Assembly (NCBI GenBank): GCA_965214095.1
Contig: OZ243938.1
Location: 4,448,001 to 4,512,000 of the forward strand
DNA length: 64,000 nt
Direction: 5' to 3'
Source of the DNA: Candidatus Poribacteria bacterium
GTDB taxonomy: Bacteria > Poribacteria > WGA-4E > WGA-3G
A program made the position numbers and the translations under genes. Positions within the stretch are counted from its first letter, which is position 1, and each line of letters begins with the position of its first letter. The notes beneath the pieces were generated by a model. The model had not been told where the DNA came from and ran no database searches. It saw nothing but the letters and a program-made list of their open reading frames with translations. Of the stretch, positions 40,651-50,358 are shown one piece after another.

Positions 40651-42582
40651 CTATTCCGTGAGTTGTATGATTATATCTTTTTCTATTGTAAGCATCCCTT
40701 TTGATGTCCCGATCCAGACTCGGTTTTTATCAATTGTGATGCATTGGACTGATAGGTTTTCAAGGACTATATTTGGGTATCCGATACTTCCTGCATATTC
40801 ATCATTGCTTGGGTGGTAAATTGTCACATATTCATTATCAGCAATCCAAAGAACCATATAATCTGGTGGTTGAATGTCATCTACTTCTAATAGACTTCTA
40901 TCAACATATCCAGTAACAAAGATATTGACTAAATCTTCCTTTTGTTCAGTTCCTTCATATATTGATGAGGATCTTCCATTTGTTCCATCCCAATTGACAT
41001 TGAAAAAACCGTTATTTCTATCTACTTCGTTATACCAAGAAAATAACATTTTTCCATCAATTACATCAAACTGGACGATTTGAGTTTCCTGTTTGATGTC
41101 AATAAATAGACTTGGATTCCAGATTTCTTCTTCTCGATTGAATACCACAATGTCTTCACCGGTGGTGCCAACCCATACTTTATCAGGTGTTAGAGCAATT
41201 GAATGTATATCATCGGGAACTGGATCGTTTCCATAGTAACGGAATTGTTCTCCAGAGTCAAATATCTTTCGAATAACTCCTTTATCTGTTGCGAACCATA
41301 TCTCCTCAGCATCCAACTCTATGTCTCTTATCCACGTTGGTCCATCAGCAATTGGATAATTCTTGACATTGTTGGTTATTTTATTATAGTGTATCACACC
41401 TTGGTTTCTGGTGCCTATCCAAACACCAGATGGATTGACTGCGATTGATCTGACATCGGGTATTGTAGGTAGGTGTGAGTTAATCATCCATGCATCTGCT
41501 TCAACCACCTTCCAACCACCATTTCCTCCCGTTTCAATTTGTGCTACTCCTTTTGGAGTACCTATCCAGAGCGTTGAACCATCTACAGCGATTGTTTGAA
41601 TACTGGGGTCAGGCAGAAAGTTTGTATAGATATTCCAGACACTCGCTCGGATTATTTCTTTGGCTTGTTCCATCATTGATATATCATCAGGATTCTGATG
41701 TAAGAGAGACTCTGCAATATCAACTGCGTTTTTTCTATTTCCAAGTTGAAGATGAATTGTCGCTTGTTTTAATAGCGCATCATTGACATAAGGACTATCA
41801 GGATAAACCAGAATGAATTGTCGCAACGTTCTGAGGGCAATTTCATAATCAGCGGATTTTGCTTGTATTGTACCGATTAAATATACTGCTTTTTCATGAT
41901 CAGGTGAATTTGGATAATGTGTAGTTGCATCAATAAGCAGGTCAAGTGCGGCAGCAGGATCATTTAGTTTTTCTCCAAATAGGAATCCTGTCTGATAACT
42001 AATCTTTGCTATTGATTGATGTTCTGGATAGTGGGTTATGATGAGTTGATATGCGTTAACTGCTTGAAGATAGTTTTCTGCAGTTATTGCATTTTCTCCA
42101 ATTTCTTGAAGTAGGGGAACAATGTCATATTTTTTGGCATCTATCAGTAGGACAGATTTAAAATGGATTAATGCTTTTTGTATGTTTTCTTCAGTTTTAT
42201 TTAGTAATCCGAGTTGGTAATGTGCATCGGCATATTTTGGAGATTCCTGTATTGCTAATTCAAATGTATTCTTTGCGACATCTGGAAGTTGTAGTTCTAA
42301 CAGATCGAGTCCTTTCCGATAATATTTCATTGCTAACTGGTCAGGAGCATTTTCTTGATTTGATATAAAACTTAGTGTATTTCCTTCTAATGGAAACCTT
42401 AAAATCTGACCGTTATATTCTATTTCAAAATGTGTGTCTGATGCGCCAACCATCCGACCTGTAAGTCTATCACCGTTTCCTCTGTCAACGATAACATATT
42501 GTTCAGCATTGACATAATTCGTACAGAATGTAAATAATCCTATGAAAAATATAAGAACTATTTTGATATATGAGTACTGCAT
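40651..42582 (-). CDS. Secreted TPR (BamD/YfiO-like) plus beta-propeller protein
   Basis: Signal peptide at MQYSY; TPR units (YPDSPY); repeated WIGT propeller motifs. Confidence 0.75.
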   Translation of the reverse strand: MQYSYIKIVLIFFIGLFTFCTNYVNAEQYVIVDRGNGDRLTGRMVGASDTHFEIEYNGQILRFPLEGNTLSFISNQENAPDQLAMKYYRKGLDLLELQLPDVAKNTFELAIQESPKYADAHYQLGLLNKTEENIQKALIHFKSVLLIDAKKYDIVPLLQEIGENAITAENYLQAVNAYQLIITHYPEHQSIAKISYQTGFLFGEKLNDPAAALDLLIDATTHYPNSPDHEKAVYLIGTIQAKSADYEIALRTLRQFILVYPDSPYVNDALLKQATIHLQLGNRKNAVDIAESLLHQNPDDISMMEQAKEIIRASVWNIYTNFLPDPSIQTIAVDGSTLWIGTPKGVAQIETGGNGGWKVVEADAWMINSHLPTIPDVRSIAVNPSGVWIGTRNQGVIHYNKITNNVKNYPIADGPTWIRDIELDAEEIWFATDKGVIRKIFDSGEQFRYYGNDPVPDDIHSIALTPDKVWVGTTGEDIVVFNREEEIWNPSLFIDIKQETQIVQFDVIDGKMLFSWYNEVDRNNGFFNVNWDGTNGRSSSIYEGTEQKEDLVNIFVTGYVDRSLLEVDDIQPPDYMVLWIADNEYVTIYHPSNDEYAGSIGYPNIVLENLSVQCITIDKNRVWIGTSKGMLTIEKDIIIQLTE

Positions 42583-42710
42583 TTTTTCTTTACCTTGATT
42601 ATGTTGAAGAGTGTATAGATATAATATCAAAATCAAGTGATAATGTCAAGATTGATGTTTATGAAGGCGAGGGAAATTCAGTTTTAGGCTTTTTGTTTGA
42701 TATCGAGAAT

Positions 42711-42742
42711 ACAAAAAAGGTGTGGCATAAACGCCACACCTT
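42711..42742 (-). terminator. Probable intrinsic terminator
   Basis: AAGGTGTGGC/GCCACACCTT stem with a T-run on the minus strand. Confidence 0.7.
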
Positions 42743-42795
42743 ACAATGTGTAATTTGATGCTTCTTACACAAACGAAGAATACTTAGCGTAATTT

Positions 42796-43509
42796 CTATT
42801 CCAAAATCTGATCAAGTTCAGTTTCTCGTTGATGGGTTGGATCAGATTTTCTGGCAGCAGTTTCTTTGGCAGACTTAAATCCGTAAAATTCAATTTCACT
42901 GATTCTTGCTGGATATCGTGAGCGATAGAAACGATTTTGTCTTTCTCTATACCTATAATTTTCCTGTTCTCTATCAAATCTGTCAATTTCAGTATATAAG
43001 TCGGCTTTTGCTTGTCGTGCTTGTGTAGCATCATCTTTCGTGTCCAAGACAACAATTCGAAATCGTGCGGTAGGTTTTGTGTCCATATACGGAACGACAA
43101 CTGGATATGATTTCACCATTTTAACTTCTTTCACTAATTGCCAATCTGTGTCCGAATGTACAGTCCCACCTCTATCGGCATAAATGGCAAATTTATTGAT
43201 ATTGTCAGAATGGATTACTATCCTACGTATGAGTTTCTTTTCAGGTAATGATACAATTACTTCTGTTGCATTACTTGAGCCATAGAGTCTTCCTGGTCCT
43301 GTAGAGGATGTTGTTTCACCAACAGTTTTCACATCGCCATCTATCATTTCTGGATTGGTAGACATAGTGCCTTCCATTAACGCATAATTATCACTCCATT
43401 CTTGTTCAGCAAACAAACTCCATTTTTTATCGGTAAGCATATGTTGACATCCAGCTATGAAGATTAATGAGCAACATATTAATGGTAAAAAACTATACCG
43501 TGTATACAT
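42796..43509 (-). CDS. Hypothetical lipoprotein (possibly discoidin/galactose-binding-like fold)
   Basis: FIAGC lipobox; NYAL..MIDGD and ISEIEFYG. Confidence 0.6.
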   Translation of the reverse strand: MYTRYSFLPLICCSLIFIAGCQHMLTDKKWSLFAEQEWSDNYALMEGTMSTNPEMIDGDVKTVGETTSSTGPGRLYGSSNATEVIVSLPEKKLIRRIVIHSDNINKFAIYADRGGTVHSDTDWQLVKEVKMVKSYPVVVPYMDTKPTARFRIVVLDTKDDATQARQAKADLYTEIDRFDREQENYRYRERQNRFYRSRYPARISEIEFYGFKSAKETAARKSDPTHQRETELDQILE

Positions 43510-43621
43510 AATGTCTCCTAAATTTGATTGGAAGTATAATGATTACAATTCCAAAGTAAAATGATTCAAATAGACAGATTTAGAGATTTTATCAGATTAG
43601 ACATATTTGTCAAGAAATTGT

Positions 43622-44137
43622 TCATATTCCCATAACTAAGGCTACCGCTGCAAGAAGTATAAGTATTGATACGACTCCCATTAGACTTGACACTATAGAC
43701 ATTTGCTTTCGGATGGGTTGGATTTCAGAAGGTAGTTCTTCTAACGAGTCGTCCAATGTTTCTATTGCTTTAGCCAGTTTTGGACCAAACACAAAACTGT
43801 GGAGTGTTGTAAGTATTACGAGTACAACAAACAGCATCAATTTGATAAACAGTGTTCTCATAAATGAAGTTGTAATTGCAGAGTCAGCAGATGGAGTAAA
43901 ACCAATTGCGTTGAAAATGTTAATTAATCCAGTGAAGAATAAGATACCAACACACCCCCATACAATCGGTTCAAATCGTTTGCCAATTTGTGTTAGTAGT
44001 TTTATACGCTGCACAGGCGGTAAGTTCTGACGAAAATATGGAACAATAACCATTGCTAAAACAAGGTTCCCCCCAATCCATATAACCGCTGCAATGACAT
44101 GTATCCATCTAATTAATAGGTTCAATATATCTGGCAT
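43622..44137 (-). CDS. CopD/DUF4149-like membrane protein
   Basis: RWIHVIAAVIWIGG; four TM segments; H..FGPK. Confidence 0.7.
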   Translation of the reverse strand: MPDILNLLIRWIHVIAAVIWIGGNLVLAMVIVPYFRQNLPPVQRIKLLTQIGKRFEPIVWGCVGILFFTGLINIFNAIGFTPSADSAITTSFMRTLFIKLMLFVVLVILTTLHSFVFGPKLAKAIETLDDSLEELPSEIQPIRKQMSIVSSLMGVVSILILLAAVALVMGI

Positions 44138-44185
44138 ATAGTGTCGTCCTTGTAAAATTGATATGTAATATAATTGCTAAAATTC

Positions 44186-45904
44186 TTATACTCTTTGATT
44201 TTCAGTAGTTTCCAGATGTTTCAACACAGTCTTCAGCCGAGTGATTAAATCCTCCCTTTCTACAGTGGAAAGTGGAACAGGTGCAAACCTGTGGTATTCA
44301 CATTTTGTAAGGATTTTTTCTATTTCCTCTATGATTGACTGGGACACTTTCACATGATTACATACTTCTTGGACTTCTGCAATAGTTAACTGACGATATG
44401 GTTCATCTATTATATTACACAGATATTGATGTAGAATTCGTGTCAATTCCTCTCCAAATGACGTTGGATTCATATCTATCGTTGCATCATCTAAAGAATC
44501 TATTGAGACAGATAAATCCTCGGTATGAGATGGGTTGTTATCTGATGATGAGGAAATACTATTTATTTTTCTTTTAGAACGATATAACAGAAATCCTACA
44601 GGAATTAGTATTCCAATTATCATGATCAATAACAACCACAAAGTCCAGTATGGAAAACTTGATTCAGGATCAAGTGCAGCCGATGAAGTTGGCATTACTG
44701 TGATTTGTATTGGTTGTGTATATGTCGTCTGATATGTTTCTATGCTCGGATTGAAGTATGAAAACTCAATAGCAGGAATCTGTAAAATACCAGACTTTAA
44801 GGGTATAACAACATAGTTTAATTGATAATTTTCTTTAGTAGCATCTTTGACTTGGGTAGGTGGTTCAACTCTAAGATTTCTAATTGATGAGATGTTCGGT
44901 GGCGTGAGATTCCTAAGATGTCCCTGTCCCGTGATTTTCAAAGATAAAGTGAGTGCATTTCTGACCTTAAGTTTTTTCCTGTCTACTTGTGCGGCAATAC
45001 TGAAATTACCGACTGCCCCACTAAAATTAGTTGGTTTTCCAAGTTCAGGGAGTGGTTGTACATTGAGCGGAATTGCTTTTGTTTTCAAGGTCTTTGGATT
45101 ACCCTTTAGGTGCAGTTTTAATTCAGATGATTCAATCAGGATCTTGCCAATATTTTGTGGATACAATCGTCGGACATATTCTTGAACATAGAATGTTTTA
45201 CCACCGACCTTTGCAGTTGTGTTCTTCTCATCATTTAGTTTCTCAACGACGAATCCATCAAAGTCAGGTAATGATGGCGTAGGTGGTTCCACTGTTGGTA
45301 AAACAGTTGTATATAAGTATCGGAACCGATATTCTATTCCTTCATTTACAAAAGGTTTCTGATTATCAATTTCTGCCATGACTTTATGAACACCACCAGT
45401 AGAGGTATTGTGATACGTATCTGTTGCCCCAACTATTATCTTCCCTGGATTGGCTAAGTAAGGTACACCTTGATATAAGAAACTGATATCAGGCAGAGCG
45501 ATCTCTCCAATCACTTGCGGTATCAGTTCATACACCCATGCCATTGTAACTGCTACTTTGTCGTCAACTAATCTTGGTGTGGTTTTTGATTCAATAGGGA
45601 CAGTGAGAAAATTGGGTAAGAAATTGAATTGTGGTGAACCGATATAATTTATCTGTGTTTTGCCAGATATTTTAAGTTCTAAAGTTGCTTTTTCATTGAA
45701 TTGGATAAAGCGGGGAGAGACGATGGCAGTAACTTCAATATCTTTGCCTTCAACATCAAGGGGGAAAAGTATCAGTGATATGCTAAGCGTAATAATACTA
45801 TATAGTGACTTGGTGAGAATAATGTGTATATTACCAATCTTTAGCACGTCTGATACCGGTATTGAGTTGTTTCTTGAGGATCTCTTGTCGCCGTCTGTTT
45901 TCAT
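44186..45904 (-). CDS. BatD family protein (start uncertain)
   Basis: FSGAVGNF, ITGQGHL, IPAIEFSYFNP; C-terminal TM and YHRFAP. Confidence 0.82.
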   Translation of the reverse strand: MKTDGDKRSSRNNSIPVSDVLKIGNIHIILTKSLYSIITLSISLILFPLDVEGKDIEVTAIVSPRFIQFNEKATLELKISGKTQINYIGSPQFNFLPNFLTVPIESKTTPRLVDDKVAVTMAWVYELIPQVIGEIALPDISFLYQGVPYLANPGKIIVGATDTYHNTSTGGVHKVMAEIDNQKPFVNEGIEYRFRYLYTTVLPTVEPPTPSLPDFDGFVVEKLNDEKNTTAKVGGKTFYVQEYVRRLYPQNIGKILIESSELKLHLKGNPKTLKTKAIPLNVQPLPELGKPTNFSGAVGNFSIAAQVDRKKLKVRNALTLSLKITGQGHLRNLTPPNISSIRNLRVEPPTQVKDATKENYQLNYVVIPLKSGILQIPAIEFSYFNPSIETYQTTYTQPIQITVMPTSSAALDPESSFPYWTLWLLLIMIIGILIPVGFLLYRSKRKINSISSSSDNNPSHTEDLSVSIDSLDDATIDMNPTSFGEELTRILHQYLCNIIDEPYRQLTIAEVQEVCNHVKVSQSIIEEIEKILTKCEYHRFAPVPLSTVEREDLITRLKTVLKHLETTENQRV

Positions 45905-46457
45905 TCATACTCAAATTCTCAAGGAGTTGGTCTATTTCACTATCTGAAAGATTGTTCGGTTCTGTTTTCGTAGAATCTTGCATTTGAGAGTTGTCATTTT
46001 GTTGTGGTGTAATGTTGGGTTTTTCTGCTGCCATTTGTTGAAGTGCCAAAGCAAGATTATGTTTAGCATCAACATCATGTGGATTCAAACGGAGTGATGA
46101 TCTATATGATTCGATTGCTGCAGCAAGATCACGCATCTGAAACTGAGCATTTCCTAAGTTGTAATAAACAGCAGCTTTGTTTGGAACATTTACTTTGAGG
46201 AGTGCTGTTTGAAAGGCGTTTGCAGCTTGACGAAATCTACCTATTTTATATAATGCAGCACCCAGATTATGATGAACGACAAGGTTGTTAGGTCTATCTA
46301 CTGCTGCTTTTTGAAATGCTGACACCGCTGTGTCATAATCCTGAATCACATAAGCTTCGTGACCGCTTTTCATCAGACGTGTCCAGGTACCGATCCATCC
46401 GATAAGTATAGGTAAAAGTAGCATTAGAAGAAAAACTTGAAAGATTCTGTATAACAT
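45831..46457 (-). CDS. BatC-like TPR protein
   Basis: YYNLGNA, DAKHNLALA; C-terminal KDW. Confidence 0.8.
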   Translation of the reverse strand: MLYRIFQVFLLMLLLPILIGWIGTWTRLMKSGHEAYVIQDYDTAVSAFQKAAVDRPNNLVVHHNLGAALYKIGRFRQAANAFQTALLKVNVPNKAAVYYNLGNAQFQMRDLAAAIESYRSSLRLNPHDVDAKHNLALALQQMAAEKPNITPQQNDNSQMQDSTKTEPNNLSDSEIDQLLENLSMNENRRRQEILKKQLNTGIRRAKDW

Positions 46458-46577
46458 ATAACAATTATAACGCTAAAAGGTGCAATTATCAAGAATATGT
46501 TAGCAGATATGTTCAGAATGACTGCATGATTGAACAATCAAATTATCATGTATTCTTACTATTGTTTAGGAATTAAG

Positions 46578-46618
46578 AAAAATGGTGAATAGGCATTGTA
46601 TATTAGACCTATTCACCA
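46578..46618 (-). terminator. Probable intrinsic terminator
   Basis: TGGTGAATAGG/CCTATTCACCA stem; T-run on the minus strand. Confidence 0.7.
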
Positions 46619-46660
46619 AGTTATATGGATTACAATGAATTCTACAGACTATAGTGTAAA

Positions 46661-47491
46661 TTAATTCCGTTTTATATTTGCCCAAATGGTGGTCAACTTA
46701 CCAACTGGTTCAACTGGTAGGACCCCATCAATTTCTTTGAAGAATTCCTCTTTGTTTGTAGCTGCATCTGGATAGATATCAACGGTATCATGTGTTTCGT
46801 CGTCAAAATGTAGGTTCATATAAGCACCTCCTCCACCTTCACTTACGCGGTATAGCAGCACGTTAGCACCTTTCTGGAGCTTGATTTCAACGTTGTAATC
46901 AACCTTTTTTGCACCGCCGGTCCAATCGGGGTGATAATACCATTTTTCGCCGTTAATCCAGATTTGTGCATTATTATCGTGGGCGGGTGACATAACAGAT
47001 GTTATCGCCTTTGGTGCATCAATTATAATGATACCGTAGATGTCAATGTTATCAACCGGTCCATTCCTATTCATATTATTATCACTATTAGTATCTAATT
47101 CAAAGACATTCCAGCTTCGAGGTCCTCCGTTTGCATCTCCCCAATCAATCTCATCCATATTTTTTGTTTTCTGCAAACCGGCGAGGGTAGATAGTGTAAC
47201 CTGTGTCAGTTTGCCATCAGTACCTTCGTCAATAAGATCTCTTGTAATAACATTTCCTGGGCCACCAGTATTTGTGAAATTTCCATCAGGTCCATACCAC
47301 TTGCCGATCCATGTGTTATAGCCAGAATGGTCTTCGTCTACTGTATCTGGTGGTTTTACGAAAAAATCAGCTTCTTTCAAAGGACCGCCATCAAGATTGA
47401 CTTCACCTTGAGCTGAGGTAGTGTTTGTTAAATTTAACATCAAACATAGACTTAATGCGACTGTCAGAAGAACAACATTTATATGTTTCAT
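46661..47491 (-). CDS. Secreted hypothetical protein (possible beta-sandwich) with the conserved C-terminal tail
   Basis: Signal peptide; AQIWINGEK..LQKGANVLL; tail PVEPVGKLTTIWANIK. Confidence 0.8.
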   Translation of the reverse strand: MKHINVVLLTVALSLCLMLNLTNTTSAQGEVNLDGGPLKEADFFVKPPDTVDEDHSGYNTWIGKWYGPDGNFTNTGGPGNVITRDLIDEGTDGKLTQVTLSTLAGLQKTKNMDEIDWGDANGGPRSWNVFELDTNSDNNMNRNGPVDNIDIYGIIIIDAPKAITSVMSPAHDNNAQIWINGEKWYYHPDWTGGAKKVDYNVEIKLQKGANVLLYRVSEGGGGAYMNLHFDDETHDTVDIYPDAATNKEEFFKEIDGVLPVEPVGKLTTIWANIKRN

Positions 47492-47797
47492 TTTTACACC
47501 TTTAATAAAAATAATAAGATTATGCTTGAAAGTCTGAAAGTAATTGGTAATTCAACTTACCATGTATTTTATAATATATCATACCATATTTGGATTACTT
47601 TTGGATAAGGAAATTTACAGGATTAGAAAGTTCATTGAATTACCATTGTGTGTTTTACTAAAAACTTACATTGTAAGCTGTGGCGAACGTTGTGAATACC
47701 ATTTGAGTCAAATAAATGTATAGTGTTGTCATTAATCTTCAGTTCAGACAAATGTATTTCCAAACAATAGCACAAGATTTTGCATAAAGAGATAAAG

Positions 47798-47839
47798 AAA
47801 AATGGTGAATAGGGATATAATTATTATCCCTATTCACCA
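47798..47839 (-). terminator. Probable intrinsic terminator (homologous to the one at 46578)
   Basis: TGGTGAATAGGGAT/ATCCCTATTCACCA stem. Confidence 0.7.
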
Positions 47840-47881
47840 AACATTAAGTCATACAAACAATACTAATGTATGAATTGTAGA

Positions 47882-48712
47882 TTAATTCCGTTTAATATCT
47901 GCCCATATTGTTGTTAATCTACCAGTTGGTTCAACAGGTAAGACTCCATCAAGTTCCCTTAAGAAACTTGCTTGGTCATCTGCATTTTTTGGGTAGATTT
48001 CTACAGCATCGTGTGTATCATCATCAAAATGCAGGTTAAGGTATCCATGACCACCACCTTCTCCACATCGGAATAGGACAACATTTGCACCTTTTTTCAA
48101 TTCAACTTCAATGTTGAAGTCAACTTGTTGTACTGCACCAGTCCATGTTGGATTGTTGTACCATTTTTCACCATTAATCCAAATCTGTGCATGGTCATCG
48201 TGTGCTGGAGACATAACGGATGTCATTGCTTTAGGTGCGTCTATAACACAGATAGCATAAGTGTCAAAATTATCTGCCCCACCACCATCTTTCTGTATAT
48301 TATGAGGATCAGCAGGATCTATTTCAAAAACAGTCCATCCTCTTTCACCACCATTGTTATTCCAATTAATATCAACAGATTTTGTTTTCCTCAATCCTAC
48401 AGCAGTGGAAAGAGACAATTGTGTCAATTTCCCATCTGTGCCTTCATCTATTAGGTCTTTGGGAGCACTTGCACCAAATCCACCATTGGTTTCATAATTT
48501 CCGTCAGGACCATACCATTTCGTAATCCATGTGTCTACACCAGAATGATCCTCGTTCAATTCAGCCCCAGCAACTTTTACCATCCAATCAGCTTCAGGTA
48601 TTGGTCCACCTTTAACATTGACCTGTCCTTGTGCATAAGTATGTAATGAAAAACCCAAAGTCAGTAGAAGAATCAAAATTATTGTCTGATTCAAATTATA
48701 ACGTGATTTCAT
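47882..48712 (-). CDS. Secreted hypothetical protein, tandem paralog of 46661..47491
   Basis: Start MKSRY after GGAGG gives the same 831-bp length; shared WYGPDGN, DLIDEGTDGKLTQ, SVMSPAHD. Confidence 0.8.
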   Translation of the reverse strand: MKSRYNLNQTIILILLLTLGFSLHTYAQGQVNVKGGPIPEADWMVKVAGAELNEDHSGVDTWITKWYGPDGNYETNGGFGASAPKDLIDEGTDGKLTQLSLSTAVGLRKTKSVDINWNNNGGERGWTVFEIDPADPHNIQKDGGGADNFDTYAICVIDAPKAMTSVMSPAHDDHAQIWINGEKWYNNPTWTGAVQQVDFNIEVELKKGANVVLFRCGEGGGHGYLNLHFDDDTHDAVEIYPKNADDQASFLRELDGVLPVEPTGRLTTIWADIKRN

Positions 48713-48938
48713 AAAATTATTAAACCTCCGTAAAAATATAGAAACATAGTATGTTTCATTAAGATATACATTTGTGTTAAACAGAGTTACCACCGTATAC
48801 TATATACATATTTGTGTCAAGAAAAAATAATTTATTTCTTGAAAAGGTCTAACGCCTTTATTGACTCAATAATGAGTTTGGTATAACATATCTTAACATA
48901 GAATGAATCATCCAGCAAACTAACGAAAGGAAATCTCT

Positions 48939-49985
48939 ATGAAGTTACAACTGACTTTCATCTGTGTGACATGTCTCTTATTTCTTTCATTATCCGAGGC
49001 AACCGTTCCTTCTCAATACACGAAACAATCCACTGAATGGTTCCAAGGGGAGGAAGGTCGTCGCATTGCCGACAACGTCCTCACGTGGCAGACACCGTAC
49101 GGCAGTTGGCCAAAGAATAAAGACACTGCCTCTAAGCCGTTTGATGGTGATAGCAAAGACCTACGGGGAACTTTTGACAATGGTGCGACTACTAACGAAC
49201 TAAGGTTTCTTGTGCGTGCGTTTCTTGCGACAAACGAACCGCGCTACGAAGAAGCATTCCTCAAAGGTCTTTCTCATATCTTTGAAGCACAATATTCGAC
49301 CGGTGGGTGGCCCCAGTATTATCCATTAAGGAAAGGCTACTATCGACACATTACTTTCAATGACAGAGTTATGGAGCGAATACTTGAACTCCTCCGTGAT
49401 GTTTCTGAATCTTCAGACTATGGGTTCTTGAAAACAGAGTACATCACTAAGGCTAAAGCTGCTGTAACCAAGGGCATAGACTGCATTCTGCGTACACAGA
49501 TCAAACAGAATGGTAAACTCACAGCTTGGTGTGCACAGCATGATGAAAAGACGCTTGAGCCTGCGTGGGCGCGTTCCTATGAGCCGCCATCAATCTCAGG
49601 TGCGGAAAGTGTCGGTGTTGTGCGTTTCTTGATGTCAATTGAAGAACCCACACCAGAGATAATTGCGGCTATTGAGGGAGCTGTTGCATGGTTCGGAAGC
49701 GTCGTGATCCAAGGTATGCGTTTAGATGAATTCACCGACGCAGAGGGACAGACTGATAACCGGATCGTAGCGGATCCGGATGCGGGACCACTCTGGGCAC
49801 GTTTCTACGAGATCGGCACAAACCGTCCAATCTTTCTCGACCGGGACTCAGTTGTACGCTATGTGTTTTCTGAGATTGGACAGGAACGCCGTACCGGATA
49901 TGACTACTACGGTGGTTGGGCAGCCAAACTCCTCACACGTGAGTACCCACAATGGAGAGAAAAGCATAAGTTAGAAAAAGAGTGA
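48939..49985 (+). CDS. Pectate lyase, PelA/PL10 family
   Basis: GSWPKN, TFDNGAT, GGWPQYYP, ITFND, WCAQHD, PAWARSYE, WARFYE, ERRTGY. Confidence 0.92.
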   Translation: MKLQLTFICVTCLLFLSLSEATVPSQYTKQSTEWFQGEEGRRIADNVLTWQTPYGSWPKNKDTASKPFDGDSKDLRGTFDNGATTNELRFLVRAFLATNEPRYEEAFLKGLSHIFEAQYSTGGWPQYYPLRKGYYRHITFNDRVMERILELLRDVSESSDYGFLKTEYITKAKAAVTKGIDCILRTQIKQNGKLTAWCAQHDEKTLEPAWARSYEPPSISGAESVGVVRFLMSIEEPTPEIIAAIEGAVAWFGSVVIQGMRLDEFTDAEGQTDNRIVADPDAGPLWARFYEIGTNRPIFLDRDSVVRYVFSEIGQERRTGYDYYGGWAAKLLTREYPQWREKHKLEKE

Positions 49986-50047
49986 CCGAGAGCCTGTCTG
50001 ATGGATTCCTGGAATCTGTCTGATAGAAATCAGTTATGGTAAACTTT

Positions 50048-50159
50048 TGAATTAATGGGACATTTTGAGATGTAGGAGGGAACTTCGATTCTGATTATCA
50101 CTGAGTTAACTCGCGATTCGGAGATTGCTTCTACAGGAACTTTGTCCTATTATTTTCAA
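50048..50159. repeat. REPIN-like doublet, family D
   Basis: GTAG at 50072 ... CTAC at 50134; its reverse complement matches 26364-26411 (ATCTCCGAATCGCGA, GAATCGxAGTTCCCTC); imperfect inverted flanks. Confidence 0.6.
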
Positions 50160-50160
50160 T

Positions 50161-50332
50161 CACACTCCTCGGTAGATGCGGTTTCCTAACCGCATCTATA
50201 AAAACGAACAAACACCGGTTCGGTTAGGAAACCGAACCTACCGTCGTGTGTAATATGAAACTGAACCTACTGTCGTGTGTAATATGAAACCGAACCTACC
50301 GTCGTGTGTAAATAATTATGGTTTTTACTATA
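50161..50332 (+). repeat. Family B element with an internal 29-bp triplication
   Basis: Unit GAAACCGAACCTACCGTCGTGTGTAATAT at 50228, 50257, 50286. Confidence 0.85.
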
Positions 50333-50358
50333 TTTTATCAAACTCGCGGCAGTCGCAT

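Noticed and set aside
50228-50312. Possible mini-CRISPR (29-bp repeats)
   Set aside because: The repeats are directly adjacent with no spacers; this is an internal duplication of a family B element.
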